From Coprobacillaceae bacterium (GTDB taxonomy: Bacteria; Bacillota_I; Bacilli_A; Erysipelotrichales; Coprobacillaceae), in assembly GCA_963675915.1 (NCBI GenBank), contig OY780959.1:1320001-1352000 (forward strand): a stretch of 32,000 bases of DNA, written 5' to 3'. Below are positions 10,360 through 19,004 of this stretch, piece after piece; positions within the stretch are counted from its first letter, which is position 1, and each line of letters starts with the position of its first letter. Both the position numbers and the translations under genes were made by a program. The notes beneath the pieces are model-generated. The model was not told the DNA's origin, did not search any database, and saw only the letters and a program-made list of their open reading frames with translations.

Positions 10360-10821
10360 TTACAAGTAAATTTTTAGCATTCTAAATTCTTTATAGCAGA
10401 TGTCTCCAATTGTATATTCAAATGCGTTTTGCTTTGTAAAACCATATTTTTCATACAGTTTCATAGCAATTTCATTGTCTACTTCCACGCTTGTATAGAG
10501 ATTTTCATCAGGATATTCTCGATGGAAATAGTCTAAAAACTGCTCCAATGCTTTTGAGCCATAACCCCTATTTTGAAACTTAATGTCGATCATAAATCTT
10601 GAAAAAGACCAGCCATTAAGCTCGAGATCATAATCATATAATAAAAATCCTACCATCTCATCGCCAGCATATATTCCCAATGGGTACAATTCATCTTCAT
10701 AAAACGCCTGGACGAGTGAGATAGCATTGCTTGCAACATAATTGGTTTGATGATTACCCACCTTAAGAGTCACACAGTCGTTATAATTCGACTTATCTAT
10801 TTTTCTAAAATTAATATTCAT
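10360..10821 (-). CDS. GNAT family N-acetyltransferase
   Basis: ORF 10360-10836 starts at a TTG. ATG 10821 follows AGGAGC (10825-10830). Core motif FQNRGYGSKAL, ending ...YEKYGF. Confidence 0.85.
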   Translation of the reverse strand: MNINFRKIDKSNYNDCVTLKVGNHQTNYVASNAISLVQAFYEDELYPLGIYAGDEMVGFLLYDYDLELNGWSFSRFMIDIKFQNRGYGSKALEQFLDYFHREYPDENLYTSVEVDNEIAMKLYEKYGFTKQNAFEYTIGDICYKEFRMLKIYL

Positions 10822-11030
10822 ATTGCTCCTAATCAAAATTAAATATACAGCACTAAATATATTTCCGGAATTGCTCCAAATTCCGACTTATAGTTCCAAG
10901 TATTTCAGCGGTTGTCATAATCGTTAAAATAAATTTTCCTTTCAATATTTAGTTTTTCCCATAAATAAGATATATGAGTGAATTGTATCATATCAACCGG
11001 CATTATTCTATGAAATAATTTCCTATCAAT

Positions 11031-11058
11031 AAAAAAGGAGGCACCTCCCAGTGTCTCC
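11031..11058 (-). terminator. Intrinsic terminator downstream of the reductase gene
   Basis: Minus strand reads GGAGACAC-tgggag-GTGCCTCC (one mismatch) followed by TTTTTT. Confidence 0.55.
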
Positions 11059-11086
11059 AAAGTTATATAAACTCGATAAATATTTT

Positions 11087-13024
11087 CTATTGCAGAGTCA
11101 CTGCAGCATACATTCCGCTACGGACTGCGCCACCGACTTTTCCGACTTTATCACAGTCACCGATCAGGGTAACTTTGTCATGATATTTGTCATCAATTGC
11201 TTGGGCAATTGCAGTATTGGCTTTCATCCCGAATGAGCTGACAACGGTAGTTCCCTCAACGAAAACTTCTTCACCTTTTTCATTCAAGGCTTTAACTCCG
11301 TTTTCCATGATTTCCACTACTTTATGGCTAGTCAAGAGATCAACACCATTGTTGATCATCATTGGAATCAATGATGCTTTGTTGATAAAGTGATCTTGAA
11401 TTGCTACTTCTGGCAACATTTCAATAACCGCTACTTTTTTACCTTTTAAGGCTGTTTCCAAAGCACTGTCACATGCTGAAAGTCCGCCACCACAGTAGAT
11501 GATCTTGTCACCAACCAATTTGCTTTCATCAAGATGGGCATCAAGGATGTTTACAGTAGATTCAATTCCCTTGATTGCTGGTTCGAATGGAATCGCTCCG
11601 GTACCAACGATAATAGCATCCGCTTCTTTTAAAACTTCACTATCAGCATCAACCGCTGTATTCAAGTGCACAGTTACTCCAGTCAGATCCATTTGACGTT
11701 TATACCATTCAACCAATTCACGTAATTGGCTTTTGAATGGTGGCGTTGCCGCACTGCGAAGTTGACCACCCAGACCAGCTTCTTTTTCGAACAGTTCAAC
11801 GGTATGTCCCATTAAAGCGGCGCTGCGGGCAGCTTCCATTCCTCCCGGACCTCCTCCGACAACAACAACTTTTTTCGGTTCAGTTGTTTTTTCCAGTTTG
11901 AAACGTTTTTCAAATCCAGTTGCCGGATTCACTGAACAGCTGATTTTTGTCAATCTGGTCAGGATTCTTCCGATACAGTCATCATTACAACGGATACATG
12001 GTCTTACTTCTTCGCGGCGTCCATTACAAAGTTTTATAGCCATTTCCGGTTCCGCAATCAGTGGACGACCAAACAGAACAAAGTCAGCTTTGTTTGATTC
12101 AATCAGCTCAACTGCAGTTTCTGGAGTATGGTTACCGGCATTCAATAATGGAATGCTGACCGCACTGCGAGCTGTCTCACAGACATCTGACATGCAGGCA
12201 TCTCCCAAATAAGCAGGAGGGAAGATATAATCAATATTTTCATAACTTCCGCTATCGATATCCAAAGCATCTACTCCGGCTTCTTCCAATAATTTCATTA
12301 ACGGGATTGTTTCTTCTAGGGTACGGCCCCCTTCGAAATTGTGTTTAACCGCCATTCTGAAAATGATTGGCATATCCGGTCCTACTGCACCACGGATAGC
12401 TTTAACTATTTCAATCGGGAAACGCATCCGGTTTTCCGGACTTCCCCCGTATTCATCTTCTCTTTTATTCCATACCGCCGACATGAACTGGTCAACCAGG
12501 TAACCGGCATGAGCATGGACTTCGATTGCATCGAATCCGGCATCTTTCAGGATTTTAGATGAGAATGCGAACTGTTCCATAATTGTATGAATCTCTTCAA
12601 CCGTCAATGGACGACATAATAAGTCAGGATTGAACATTGATGGAATCGGAGAAGCCGAAACCGGTTGCCCGTCTTTCAACATGTTCGGGAAAGCATTTTT
12701 ACCGGTACCACAAGAGATTTGGGCACAGATTTTGGTTCCATAACGGTGCACCGCTTCAACCAAGGTAGTCAATTGGGGAATACAGTAAGTGTTATCCAAA
12801 TATCCTTCCATTGAACCTTGAGCCAATTCCTGAGTCAAGAACTGACATCCCATGATAATCAGACCGGTTCCCCCTTTGGCTCTTTCTTCGAAATAATCAA
12901 TTTCATCATCAGCAATGGTCCCGTCGATGTGTCCTGAGTTAAGACCCATTGGTGCCATGGCGATTCTGTTTTTCACTGTCATACTACCAATTTTAAATGG
13001 TGTTTTAAGAATATCGTAATTCAT
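11087..13024 (-). CDS. Fe-S flavoenzyme of the 2-enoate reductase / 2,4-dienoyl-CoA reductase family (OYE TIM barrel, 4Fe-4S, FAD/NAD(P)-binding domains)
   Basis: 645-aa ORF. N-terminus KNRIAMAPMG. CIRCNDDCIGR...SCSVNP is the cluster motif. VVVVGGGPGGMEAA and IIYCGGGLSACDSA are dinucleotide folds. GGAGG RBS 7 nt upstream. Confidence 0.9.
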   Translation of the reverse strand: MNYDILKTPFKIGSMTVKNRIAMAPMGLNSGHIDGTIADDEIDYFEERAKGGTGLIIMGCQFLTQELAQGSMEGYLDNTYCIPQLTTLVEAVHRYGTKICAQISCGTGKNAFPNMLKDGQPVSASPIPSMFNPDLLCRPLTVEEIHTIMEQFAFSSKILKDAGFDAIEVHAHAGYLVDQFMSAVWNKREDEYGGSPENRMRFPIEIVKAIRGAVGPDMPIIFRMAVKHNFEGGRTLEETIPLMKLLEEAGVDALDIDSGSYENIDYIFPPAYLGDACMSDVCETARSAVSIPLLNAGNHTPETAVELIESNKADFVLFGRPLIAEPEMAIKLCNGRREEVRPCIRCNDDCIGRILTRLTKISCSVNPATGFEKRFKLEKTTEPKKVVVVGGGPGGMEAARSAALMGHTVELFEKEAGLGGQLRSAATPPFKSQLRELVEWYKRQMDLTGVTVHLNTAVDADSEVLKEADAIIVGTGAIPFEPAIKGIESTVNILDAHLDESKLVGDKIIYCGGGLSACDSALETALKGKKVAVIEMLPEVAIQDHFINKASLIPMMINNGVDLLTSHKVVEIMENGVKALNEKGEEVFVEGTTVVSSFGMKANTAIAQAIDDKYHDKVTLIGDCDKVGKVGGAVRSGMYAAVTLQ

Positions 13025-13119
13025 TTTCAGCCTCCAAGTTTGAATTTTGTCTTTGTTAAAATATTAACATAATAATTTTAGCACAAGAGACTGGTCCGGT
13101 TCATCGTGCATATTGTGAG

Positions 13120-13161
13120 AAAAAAATTGGAAGCCATGACAAAAATGCACAAAGCTTCCAA
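13120..13161 (-). terminator. Putative intrinsic terminator after the PucR-family gene
   Basis: Minus strand reads TTGGAAGC-(19-nt loop)-GCTTCCAA followed by TTTTTTT. The long loop lowers confidence. Confidence 0.5.
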
Positions 13162-13176
13162 CTGGTTATATTTTGA

Positions 13177-14772
13177 CTAAATCAATTTGGTATATTCCAT
13201 AATTTTATATGAGACAAACAGGTTGATAAAATTGTCGCGATCATGGATATCATAGTTGATGATTTCCGCGATTTTTTTAAGCCGATATCGTAAAGTATTG
13301 CGGTGGATAAACAAAGCCTCAGCCGAAGCCACCAGATTGCCCATATTGATGATATAGACATAGAGATTTTTTAAATAATCACTATCATGTTCCTGGTCGT
13401 ATTGAGTCAGTTTTAGCAAGGCCGGATGACAGTAACTCATCAAATCATCCTTATCGTTCATCTTTTCAAGCAGATCATAAACCGCATGATCTTCATAGGT
13501 ATACAAATTAAGTTTCGGATTTATTTTAACCCCGATTTCAAGGGCTGAACGGGCCTGACCATAAGCTTTGTTGAGTTCGATCAACTCCTCGAAATAATGG
13601 CTGATTCCGGCTTTCAGGTGCTTATCCTTCAAGTAGTTTGCAAAGCAATCAAAATCTTTGGTAATAAATTCCTTTTCTTCATTGCAACCAATCAGCATCA
13701 GCAAGCTGCCTTGATAGTAGACAGTTTCGATAAAACACAACTTCTCCTGCAGCGATTCTCGAAAGTAAGGAACCAGGGCGAAACTCTCAGAAAAGTTGTT
13801 GATATCAATTGAAATCAAGTATTTCTTGTCGGGCAACAGCCACTTCATATTGGCTAGCCGTCTTTCCAGGACGGTTTCATCGGTGATGGTCCCTTGAAGC
13901 AAATCAACCAGCAACTGGTTGGTCAGCAGGTTCTTGGCATTTGCATGACTGTTGGCCCCTGTCATTTCATTGGCAATGATCTCACAGATGAATTCAGCAA
14001 TTTCCAAATCTTCTTCCGTCAGTTTGCGATTATATTCCAGAACGGCCATATGACCGGCAATTCGTCCGGATACGACCACCGGACAGAAAATCCGCCGGTA
14101 TTTGAAGTGTTCATTGACATCGCCGATGATGGCTTTTTTGCTTCTGACCGATTTCTCGATAAATTCTTCGAACTTATATTTTTGGGCATATTCAAAAGTA
14201 CAGAATCCGGTGTTCCTGAATTCCATCCAAGGCTCGTCATCAAGATCCGGGAAGACAGATGAACCAATCAAACGGTTATTGCTGTCCCCTAGCAAAACCG
14301 GATTCTCCAGCAGTTCCCCGGCAATTTCCACAATGTAAGGAACACCCCGCCCCCTGATAATGGTATTGAAAAGAGCTGCCGGTTTCTCGATGAAATGGTT
14401 ATTATCAATGATCATATCACTGATCAGATTCAACAGATCATCGGCCAAATAGCTTGAATCCAGGATAATGACATTCCCTGATAAAGCTGATTTTTCAGGG
14501 ATAAGCCCGGAAAAACCAGGCCTGTTTGCCTCGCAGACAAACAAAATGGCATCCCCGGTGGCGATTTTAGCCACCAACTTGGTAATCATTTCTTCATCAA
14601 AACTTGCCAGTTTGGCTTCGGTTACGACATAGGCGATATCACATCCAAACTCCTTCATCTTTGCAGTCAGCTTTTTGACTCCGCGAATCCGCACTAACCC
14701 CTTATCACTGAGTTTTTCTGCCAATATTCCATTATTTATTTCAGTTAATACATTTTCAAGATTTATATTCAT
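13177..14772 (-). CDS. PucR/CdaR-family transcriptional regulator
   Basis: 531-aa ORF. The C-terminal helix-turn-helix ASAEALFIHRNTLRYRLKKIAEI is characteristic of PucR C-terminal domains. Confidence 0.85.
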   Translation of the reverse strand: MNINLENVLTEINNGILAEKLSDKGLVRIRGVKKLTAKMKEFGCDIAYVVTEAKLASFDEEMITKLVAKIATGDAILFVCEANRPGFSGLIPEKSALSGNVIILDSSYLADDLLNLISDMIIDNNHFIEKPAALFNTIIRGRGVPYIVEIAGELLENPVLLGDSNNRLIGSSVFPDLDDEPWMEFRNTGFCTFEYAQKYKFEEFIEKSVRSKKAIIGDVNEHFKYRRIFCPVVVSGRIAGHMAVLEYNRKLTEEDLEIAEFICEIIANEMTGANSHANAKNLLTNQLLVDLLQGTITDETVLERRLANMKWLLPDKKYLISIDINNFSESFALVPYFRESLQEKLCFIETVYYQGSLLMLIGCNEEKEFITKDFDCFANYLKDKHLKAGISHYFEELIELNKAYGQARSALEIGVKINPKLNLYTYEDHAVYDLLEKMNDKDDLMSYCHPALLKLTQYDQEHDSDYLKNLYVYIINMGNLVASAEALFIHRNTLRYRLKKIAEIINYDIHDRDNFINLFVSYKIMEYTKLI

Positions 14773-14815
14773 TATTCAACCTGCTTTACTCTAATATCTG
14801 TTATCATCAACACAC

Positions 14816-14833
14816 ATGTTATAAGCATAACAT
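14816..14833. promoter_or_regulatory. Perfect 7-4-7 palindrome ATGTTAT-AAGC-ATAACAT upstream of the PucR-family gene (candidate operator)
   Basis: Read directly from the sequence, 44 nt upstream of ATG 14772. It overlaps a possible TATAAC -10 on the minus strand. Confidence 0.25.
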
Positions 14834-14988
14834 ATCCTCATTCGGTCAGCCAAAATTTGCATAATAGAAAAATATTTCCCTTAAAAATGAAAAAAGCATC
14901 CCATTTTGTGATTCAAAAATGGAATACTCTTTGGTTTGACGAGCGAATAACCGGTCGTCTTCGAAAGTGATTTTAATATTACAGTTGG

Positions 14989-16284
14989 TTACAACAAAAT
15001 TGTCGCCCGATTATTTTCAATCAGGAATTCTGTTCCATATTTGGTGGAAAGTTCCTGGAGGTTTTCCAGGATTGTCGAATCAGTAGCTGGTCGAGGCAAG
15101 CCGTTGCGGCTGCGAGGCAAACCAAAGCCAAGTTCCACAGCCATCAGCGTCAGCTTGGTCAACTTGCCATCTTCCATCTCCCAGTATGGGATTACCGTTT
15201 CAAAGGCTTCCCGTTTGGTCTGAAGTCCTCTGGTGAATCCGTTTGATCTTTTCTTGTACAATTCGTGCATCGTAGCGTCCGAAGGCAAACCGTACTGTTC
15301 GTAAAAATCAGCCGGTGCCTTGGTCGCATTTTCATTATGGATGACAAAGTCGCCTAGCGAGTAGAAGATTGGCCGCTGGTTATATATTTCCACTCCGCGA
15401 AGAACATGGGGTCCGTGCCCGACAATCGAGTGAGCGCCAAAGTCAATGTAGGTTCTGGCCATTTCCTCTAAAAATGGCGGAACTTCGTTCTTTTTGTCCC
15501 CTGGCTGTTCATGGCAGTGAATGCTCACAACGATATAGTCGGCTTGGAGTTGAGCTTCAAAAATGGCGTTTTTAACCCGCTCCATATCCTTCTGGTTCAA
15601 AATGGTTTTACTTCCCGGTTCATCACTGATCTCAAAAACAAGATTATCAAGCTGGAATTGTCCCTCTTCCAGTGGTGGAACATAGCCCTCACGCTGTCCC
15701 AATTCGATAAAAGCATTGATTTGAGTGGTCTTGGCGATATCTTTGATCATTTGAGCCTGGTCGGCCCTGATATAGTACTTGGTTTTCCTTCGAATCCCAT
15801 TGACTCCCGGTCTTCCTTTGATGGCAACTGAGGCATGACCGGCCATGGCCGCCGGATTGAAGGTGGTTACCACACTGATCAAAGCCACCCGACCCGACTG
15901 ACAGTCGAGGTAGACCGGTTGCGAAGCACTGTGGAGATCCATTCCGACCCCCGCTGCAGGCAAACCGGCCTCATTCAAATGGTGCAACGTTTTTTCCAAG
16001 CCGCCATATGAATAGTCCAGCGTATGATTGTTCGCAAACGAGGTAATGTTGAAACCGAACCGCTTGGCATCTTCAAGGACTCCCTTATTGGCACATAGAT
16101 AGCTGCCGCCATTGAATTGCGATGCAAAACTCTCATGATCGTGGATGGTGGTTTCGAGGTTGAAAAAACGCATTTCTCCTTTTTCAATCTCAGTGACGAT
16201 TTGTTCAAAACCCTGATAATTATCAGGCAGCCTCCGTTGGACCAACATGTCCCCGACGGCTGTAAATTTCATTTTTGCTCTCAT
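14989..16284 (-). CDS. CapA/PGA_cap-family metallophosphatase-fold protein, apparently cytosolic
   Basis: 431-aa ORF. Motifs FTAVGDM, FFNLETT, FANNHTLDYSYGGL, VSIHCHEQ and VGHGPHVLRGVE. No N-terminal hydrophobic segment. GGGGA RBS 7 nt upstream. Confidence 0.85.
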   Translation of the reverse strand: MRAKMKFTAVGDMLVQRRLPDNYQGFEQIVTEIEKGEMRFFNLETTIHDHESFASQFNGGSYLCANKGVLEDAKRFGFNITSFANNHTLDYSYGGLEKTLHHLNEAGLPAAGVGMDLHSASQPVYLDCQSGRVALISVVTTFNPAAMAGHASVAIKGRPGVNGIRRKTKYYIRADQAQMIKDIAKTTQINAFIELGQREGYVPPLEEGQFQLDNLVFEISDEPGSKTILNQKDMERVKNAIFEAQLQADYIVVSIHCHEQPGDKKNEVPPFLEEMARTYIDFGAHSIVGHGPHVLRGVEIYNQRPIFYSLGDFVIHNENATKAPADFYEQYGLPSDATMHELYKKRSNGFTRGLQTKREAFETVIPYWEMEDGKLTKLTLMAVELGFGLPRSRNGLPRPATDSTILENLQELSTKYGTEFLIENNRATILL

Positions 16285-16306
16285 ATGAATTTCCCCGATT
16301 CTATGA

Positions 16307-17758
16307 TTATTTTCCGATTGAGTCGATCGATCTAGGTTTTACATCATCAGGTAAAGGTACATATGATTGCCCTTTAAGCGTTTCTTCGAATTCAGCTTTG
16401 GCTGCTGCGATGGTCTCTGGTTGGTTCAGCAATTTGATTGCTGTAAGTCCCAAGATTTTACCGCAGTACAGGGTTCCCTTATGAGCGATATCGCTTTTCC
16501 CCTGAGAAACGATTTGCCAAGAATGGCCCCCGCTGTTTGGTGCCCAGGTAGCTGTCTGGATTTGAGCAGTCGGACATTGCCAGCTGACATCACCGACATC
16601 GGTCGAACCGCTCATGCTTACTGGTGAAAGAGTTTCTTCATATGGAATGACAAAGTCATACATATTTGATTCTTTCTTGCTGTCCAGGAATGCCAGAATT
16701 TCCGGATCGTTGTAGAATTCTTTTTGTTTATCAAGAATTTTTCCTAACGGCTGATTTGAAGTTGCCGTAATTTTCTTGGCATATTCGATTTCCTCGTCAG
16801 TATAGACCGGCAATTCCACTTCCAGCATGCTACTGTACAATTCTTTTTCCAAAGTGCGGTTTGGTACGACATTGGCACATGATTTGATGATTTCATATTC
16901 CATAGTCGTTTCCGTAGCCATTGCCATCCCCTCGGCAATTTTATTGACACGGGCAAACAATTCCTGAGTTTGAGAAATTTTCGGTGCCCGAATCAGATAA
17001 AGAACTTCGGCATATGGTTGTACCACGTTTGGCGAGAATCCTCCTGAATTCACAATAGCATAATGGATTCTGGCCGCATCGATAGTATGTTCGCGCAGGA
17101 AGTTGACTCCGATATTCATCAGTTCGACCGCATCCAAAGCACTACGTCCATCTTCCGGATTTCCGGCCGCATGGGCGCTGATTCCGGTAAATTTGTATAA
17201 GACCTGGATGTTGGCCAATGAAGACATGCGCCAGATGTTGTTGATTTCCGAAGGATGCCAAGTCAAGGCAACATCCAAGTTGTCGAAAGCCCCTTCTCTA
17301 GCCATGAAGGCTTTTCCTGAGCCACCTTCTTCACCAGGACAACCATAGTAAATTACAGTCCCCTTCGATCCGGTCTCTTCCAGGTATTTTTTTACAGCCA
17401 AGGCCCCGGCAATTGAACCGACTCCAAGCAGGTTGTGACCACAGCCATGACCGCTTTCACCTTTTACCAATGGTTCTTTTTCAAAACTGTCGCATACTTG
17501 GCTCAGTCCTGACAAAGCATCAAATTCTCCCAGTAATCCAATCACCGGTTTGCCACTGCCAAAGGTTGCCGTGAAGGCAGTATCAATTCCATAAGCCGGG
17601 CATTCGACTTCAAAGCCGGCTTTTTTTAGATAATCAGTCATCACTTCAACCGACTTTGTCTCTGAAAATGCAGTTTCAGGATTGTCCCAGACCGCATCGC
17701 TCAAATCATTCAGTTGTTGAGCTTGTTCATCTATAATTTTCACGAATTCTTCGTACAT
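16307..17758 (-). CDS. M20-family amidohydrolase, AbgB-like (aminobenzoyl-glutamate utilisation protein B type)
   Basis: 483-aa ORF. GHGCGHNLLG and overall length are typical of AbgB-like M20 enzymes. GGGAGA RBS. Confidence 0.85.
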   Translation of the reverse strand: MYEEFVKIIDEQAQQLNDLSDAVWDNPETAFSETKSVEVMTDYLKKAGFEVECPAYGIDTAFTATFGSGKPVIGLLGEFDALSGLSQVCDSFEKEPLVKGESGHGCGHNLLGVGSIAGALAVKKYLEETGSKGTVIYYGCPGEEGGSGKAFMAREGAFDNLDVALTWHPSEINNIWRMSSLANIQVLYKFTGISAHAAGNPEDGRSALDAVELMNIGVNFLREHTIDAARIHYAIVNSGGFSPNVVQPYAEVLYLIRAPKISQTQELFARVNKIAEGMAMATETTMEYEIIKSCANVVPNRTLEKELYSSMLEVELPVYTDEEIEYAKKITATSNQPLGKILDKQKEFYNDPEILAFLDSKKESNMYDFVIPYEETLSPVSMSGSTDVGDVSWQCPTAQIQTATWAPNSGGHSWQIVSQGKSDIAHKGTLYCGKILGLTAIKLLNQPETIAAAKAEFEETLKGQSYVPLPDDVKPRSIDSIGK

Positions 17759-17821
17759 TATTATTCTCCCTTATTCGAATAAGTTACCGTTTTTAAATTA
17801 ATCATTTGCCGCCCTTTTGGT

Positions 17822-18964
17822 TTAGTAGTGGGCCAACATCAGTTCGAAGGCGATTTTGTAACCTGGTTCCAGGCTGGCAATTTCAACCCACTCTTCACGA
17901 GTATGGGCTCCACCCCCACTGCAGGTTCCCAAAGTTACCGCAGGAATTCCAATTGAAAGCGGGATATTGGCATCAGTTGAGCTGGCATGGATTTCCGGAT
18001 CAGCTCCGATGTGTTTTTTCAAAGTGGCGAATACTTGTTCACTCAAAGCTTTGTGTTTGTCTTGATCCATCAGTTCCGGGCTGGCACATGGACGTTCTCC
18101 AAGCAACTTTACGTTAACTTCAATTCCTTTGGTCTTGTAACTTTCAACCACAGCTTTGAAATGTTTGTCCATGAAAGCCAGATCCTCTTTGCTGTCCGAA
18201 CGGAATTCATAAAGCATTTCCGCTTGTTGAGCGATGGTATTGACTGATGTTCCCCCATTGATCATTCCGACATTGTAAGTAGTTTTTTCACGAGTAACCG
18301 GTACTTTGATTTCATAAAGGGTTTGGATCATTGAAGCCAGATAGGCAATGGCATTGCGGTTACCGAATGCCCCGAATGAGTGTCCCCCCTCAGTCAGGAT
18401 TTCAACTTGATAACGCATTGAACCTACCGCATCATTGCACATTCCTTCATAATAACCATCGAATGAATAGAACGTTGAGATTCTTTCTCCAAAGTCCTTG
18501 CAAATCTGACGGGAACCTTTAAGATTTCCCAATCCTTCTTCACCGGCATTGGCAACAATCAACATTCCGCCATTGGCTGGAGTCAGATTGTTTTGGGTGA
18601 TATATTTGGCAACCATCAGCAAAGCAACCAGATTGGCAGTATCGTCTCCGATTCCCGGTGCTTTGATTTTACCGTCTTCAACCACCAGCTTGAGTGGAGT
18701 TGTATCCGGGAAAACGACATCGGTATGAGCCATGAAGACCACGACCGGATTGTCATCGGTAACTCCGACTGGATAAACCACGTTCAAGGCTTCATCGATA
18801 TAAACACCTTTGGCACCTTGCTCTTCCAACCAGTTTTTGCAGAATTCCGCTCTTTTTTCCTCATGGTTTGAAGGGGCTGGGATTTGTCCCAGGGTAATTA
18901 ACAGCTCATAAGCTTCATCGCTATGATCTTTGATATAGTCTAAAATAGTACTAGTCAATTCCAT
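17822..18964 (-). CDS. M20/M25/M40-family metallopeptidase (ArgE/DapE/PepT-like)
   Basis: 380-aa ORF. FMAHTDVVFP, GIGDDTAN and NAGEEGLGNLKG are the metal ligands and catalytic Glu. Confidence 0.85.
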   Translation of the reverse strand: MELTSTILDYIKDHSDEAYELLITLGQIPAPSNHEEKRAEFCKNWLEEQGAKGVYIDEALNVVYPVGVTDDNPVVVFMAHTDVVFPDTTPLKLVVEDGKIKAPGIGDDTANLVALLMVAKYITQNNLTPANGGMLIVANAGEEGLGNLKGSRQICKDFGERISTFYSFDGYYEGMCNDAVGSMRYQVEILTEGGHSFGAFGNRNAIAYLASMIQTLYEIKVPVTREKTTYNVGMINGGTSVNTIAQQAEMLYEFRSDSKEDLAFMDKHFKAVVESYKTKGIEVNVKLLGERPCASPELMDQDKHKALSEQVFATLKKHIGADPEIHASSTDANIPLSIGIPAVTLGTCSGGGAHTREEWVEIASLEPGYKIAFELMLAHY

Positions 18965-18983
18965 TATTAAATTTTCTCCTTTT

Positions 18984-19004
18984 GACCGAAATCTTATTTC
19001 GGTC
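18984..19004 (-). other. Intercistronic stem-loop directly after the ATPase gene stop
   Basis: GACCGAAAT-ctt-ATTTCGGTC: 9-bp stem, 3-nt loop, no T-run. Lies just upstream of the AGGAGA RBS of the M20 gene. Confidence 0.4.

Noticed and set aside
11051-11236. 61-aa plus-strand ORF with a GTG start 10 nt after GGAGG
   Set aside because: The apparent RBS is one arm of the reductase terminator hairpin (GGAGG/CCTCC). The ORF is antisense to the reductase 3' end and also to its relic copy.
13894-14262. 122-aa plus-strand ORF and neighbouring short ORFs inside the PucR-family gene
   Set aside because: Antisense shadow ORFs. The minus-strand frame is continuous for 531 aa and ends in a PucR-type HTH.
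17770-17783. 14-bp perfect palindrome CTTATTCGAATAAG overlapping the RBS of the AbgB-like gene
   Set aside because: Short and AT-rich with no loop. It could occur by chance, and nothing supports a regulatory role.
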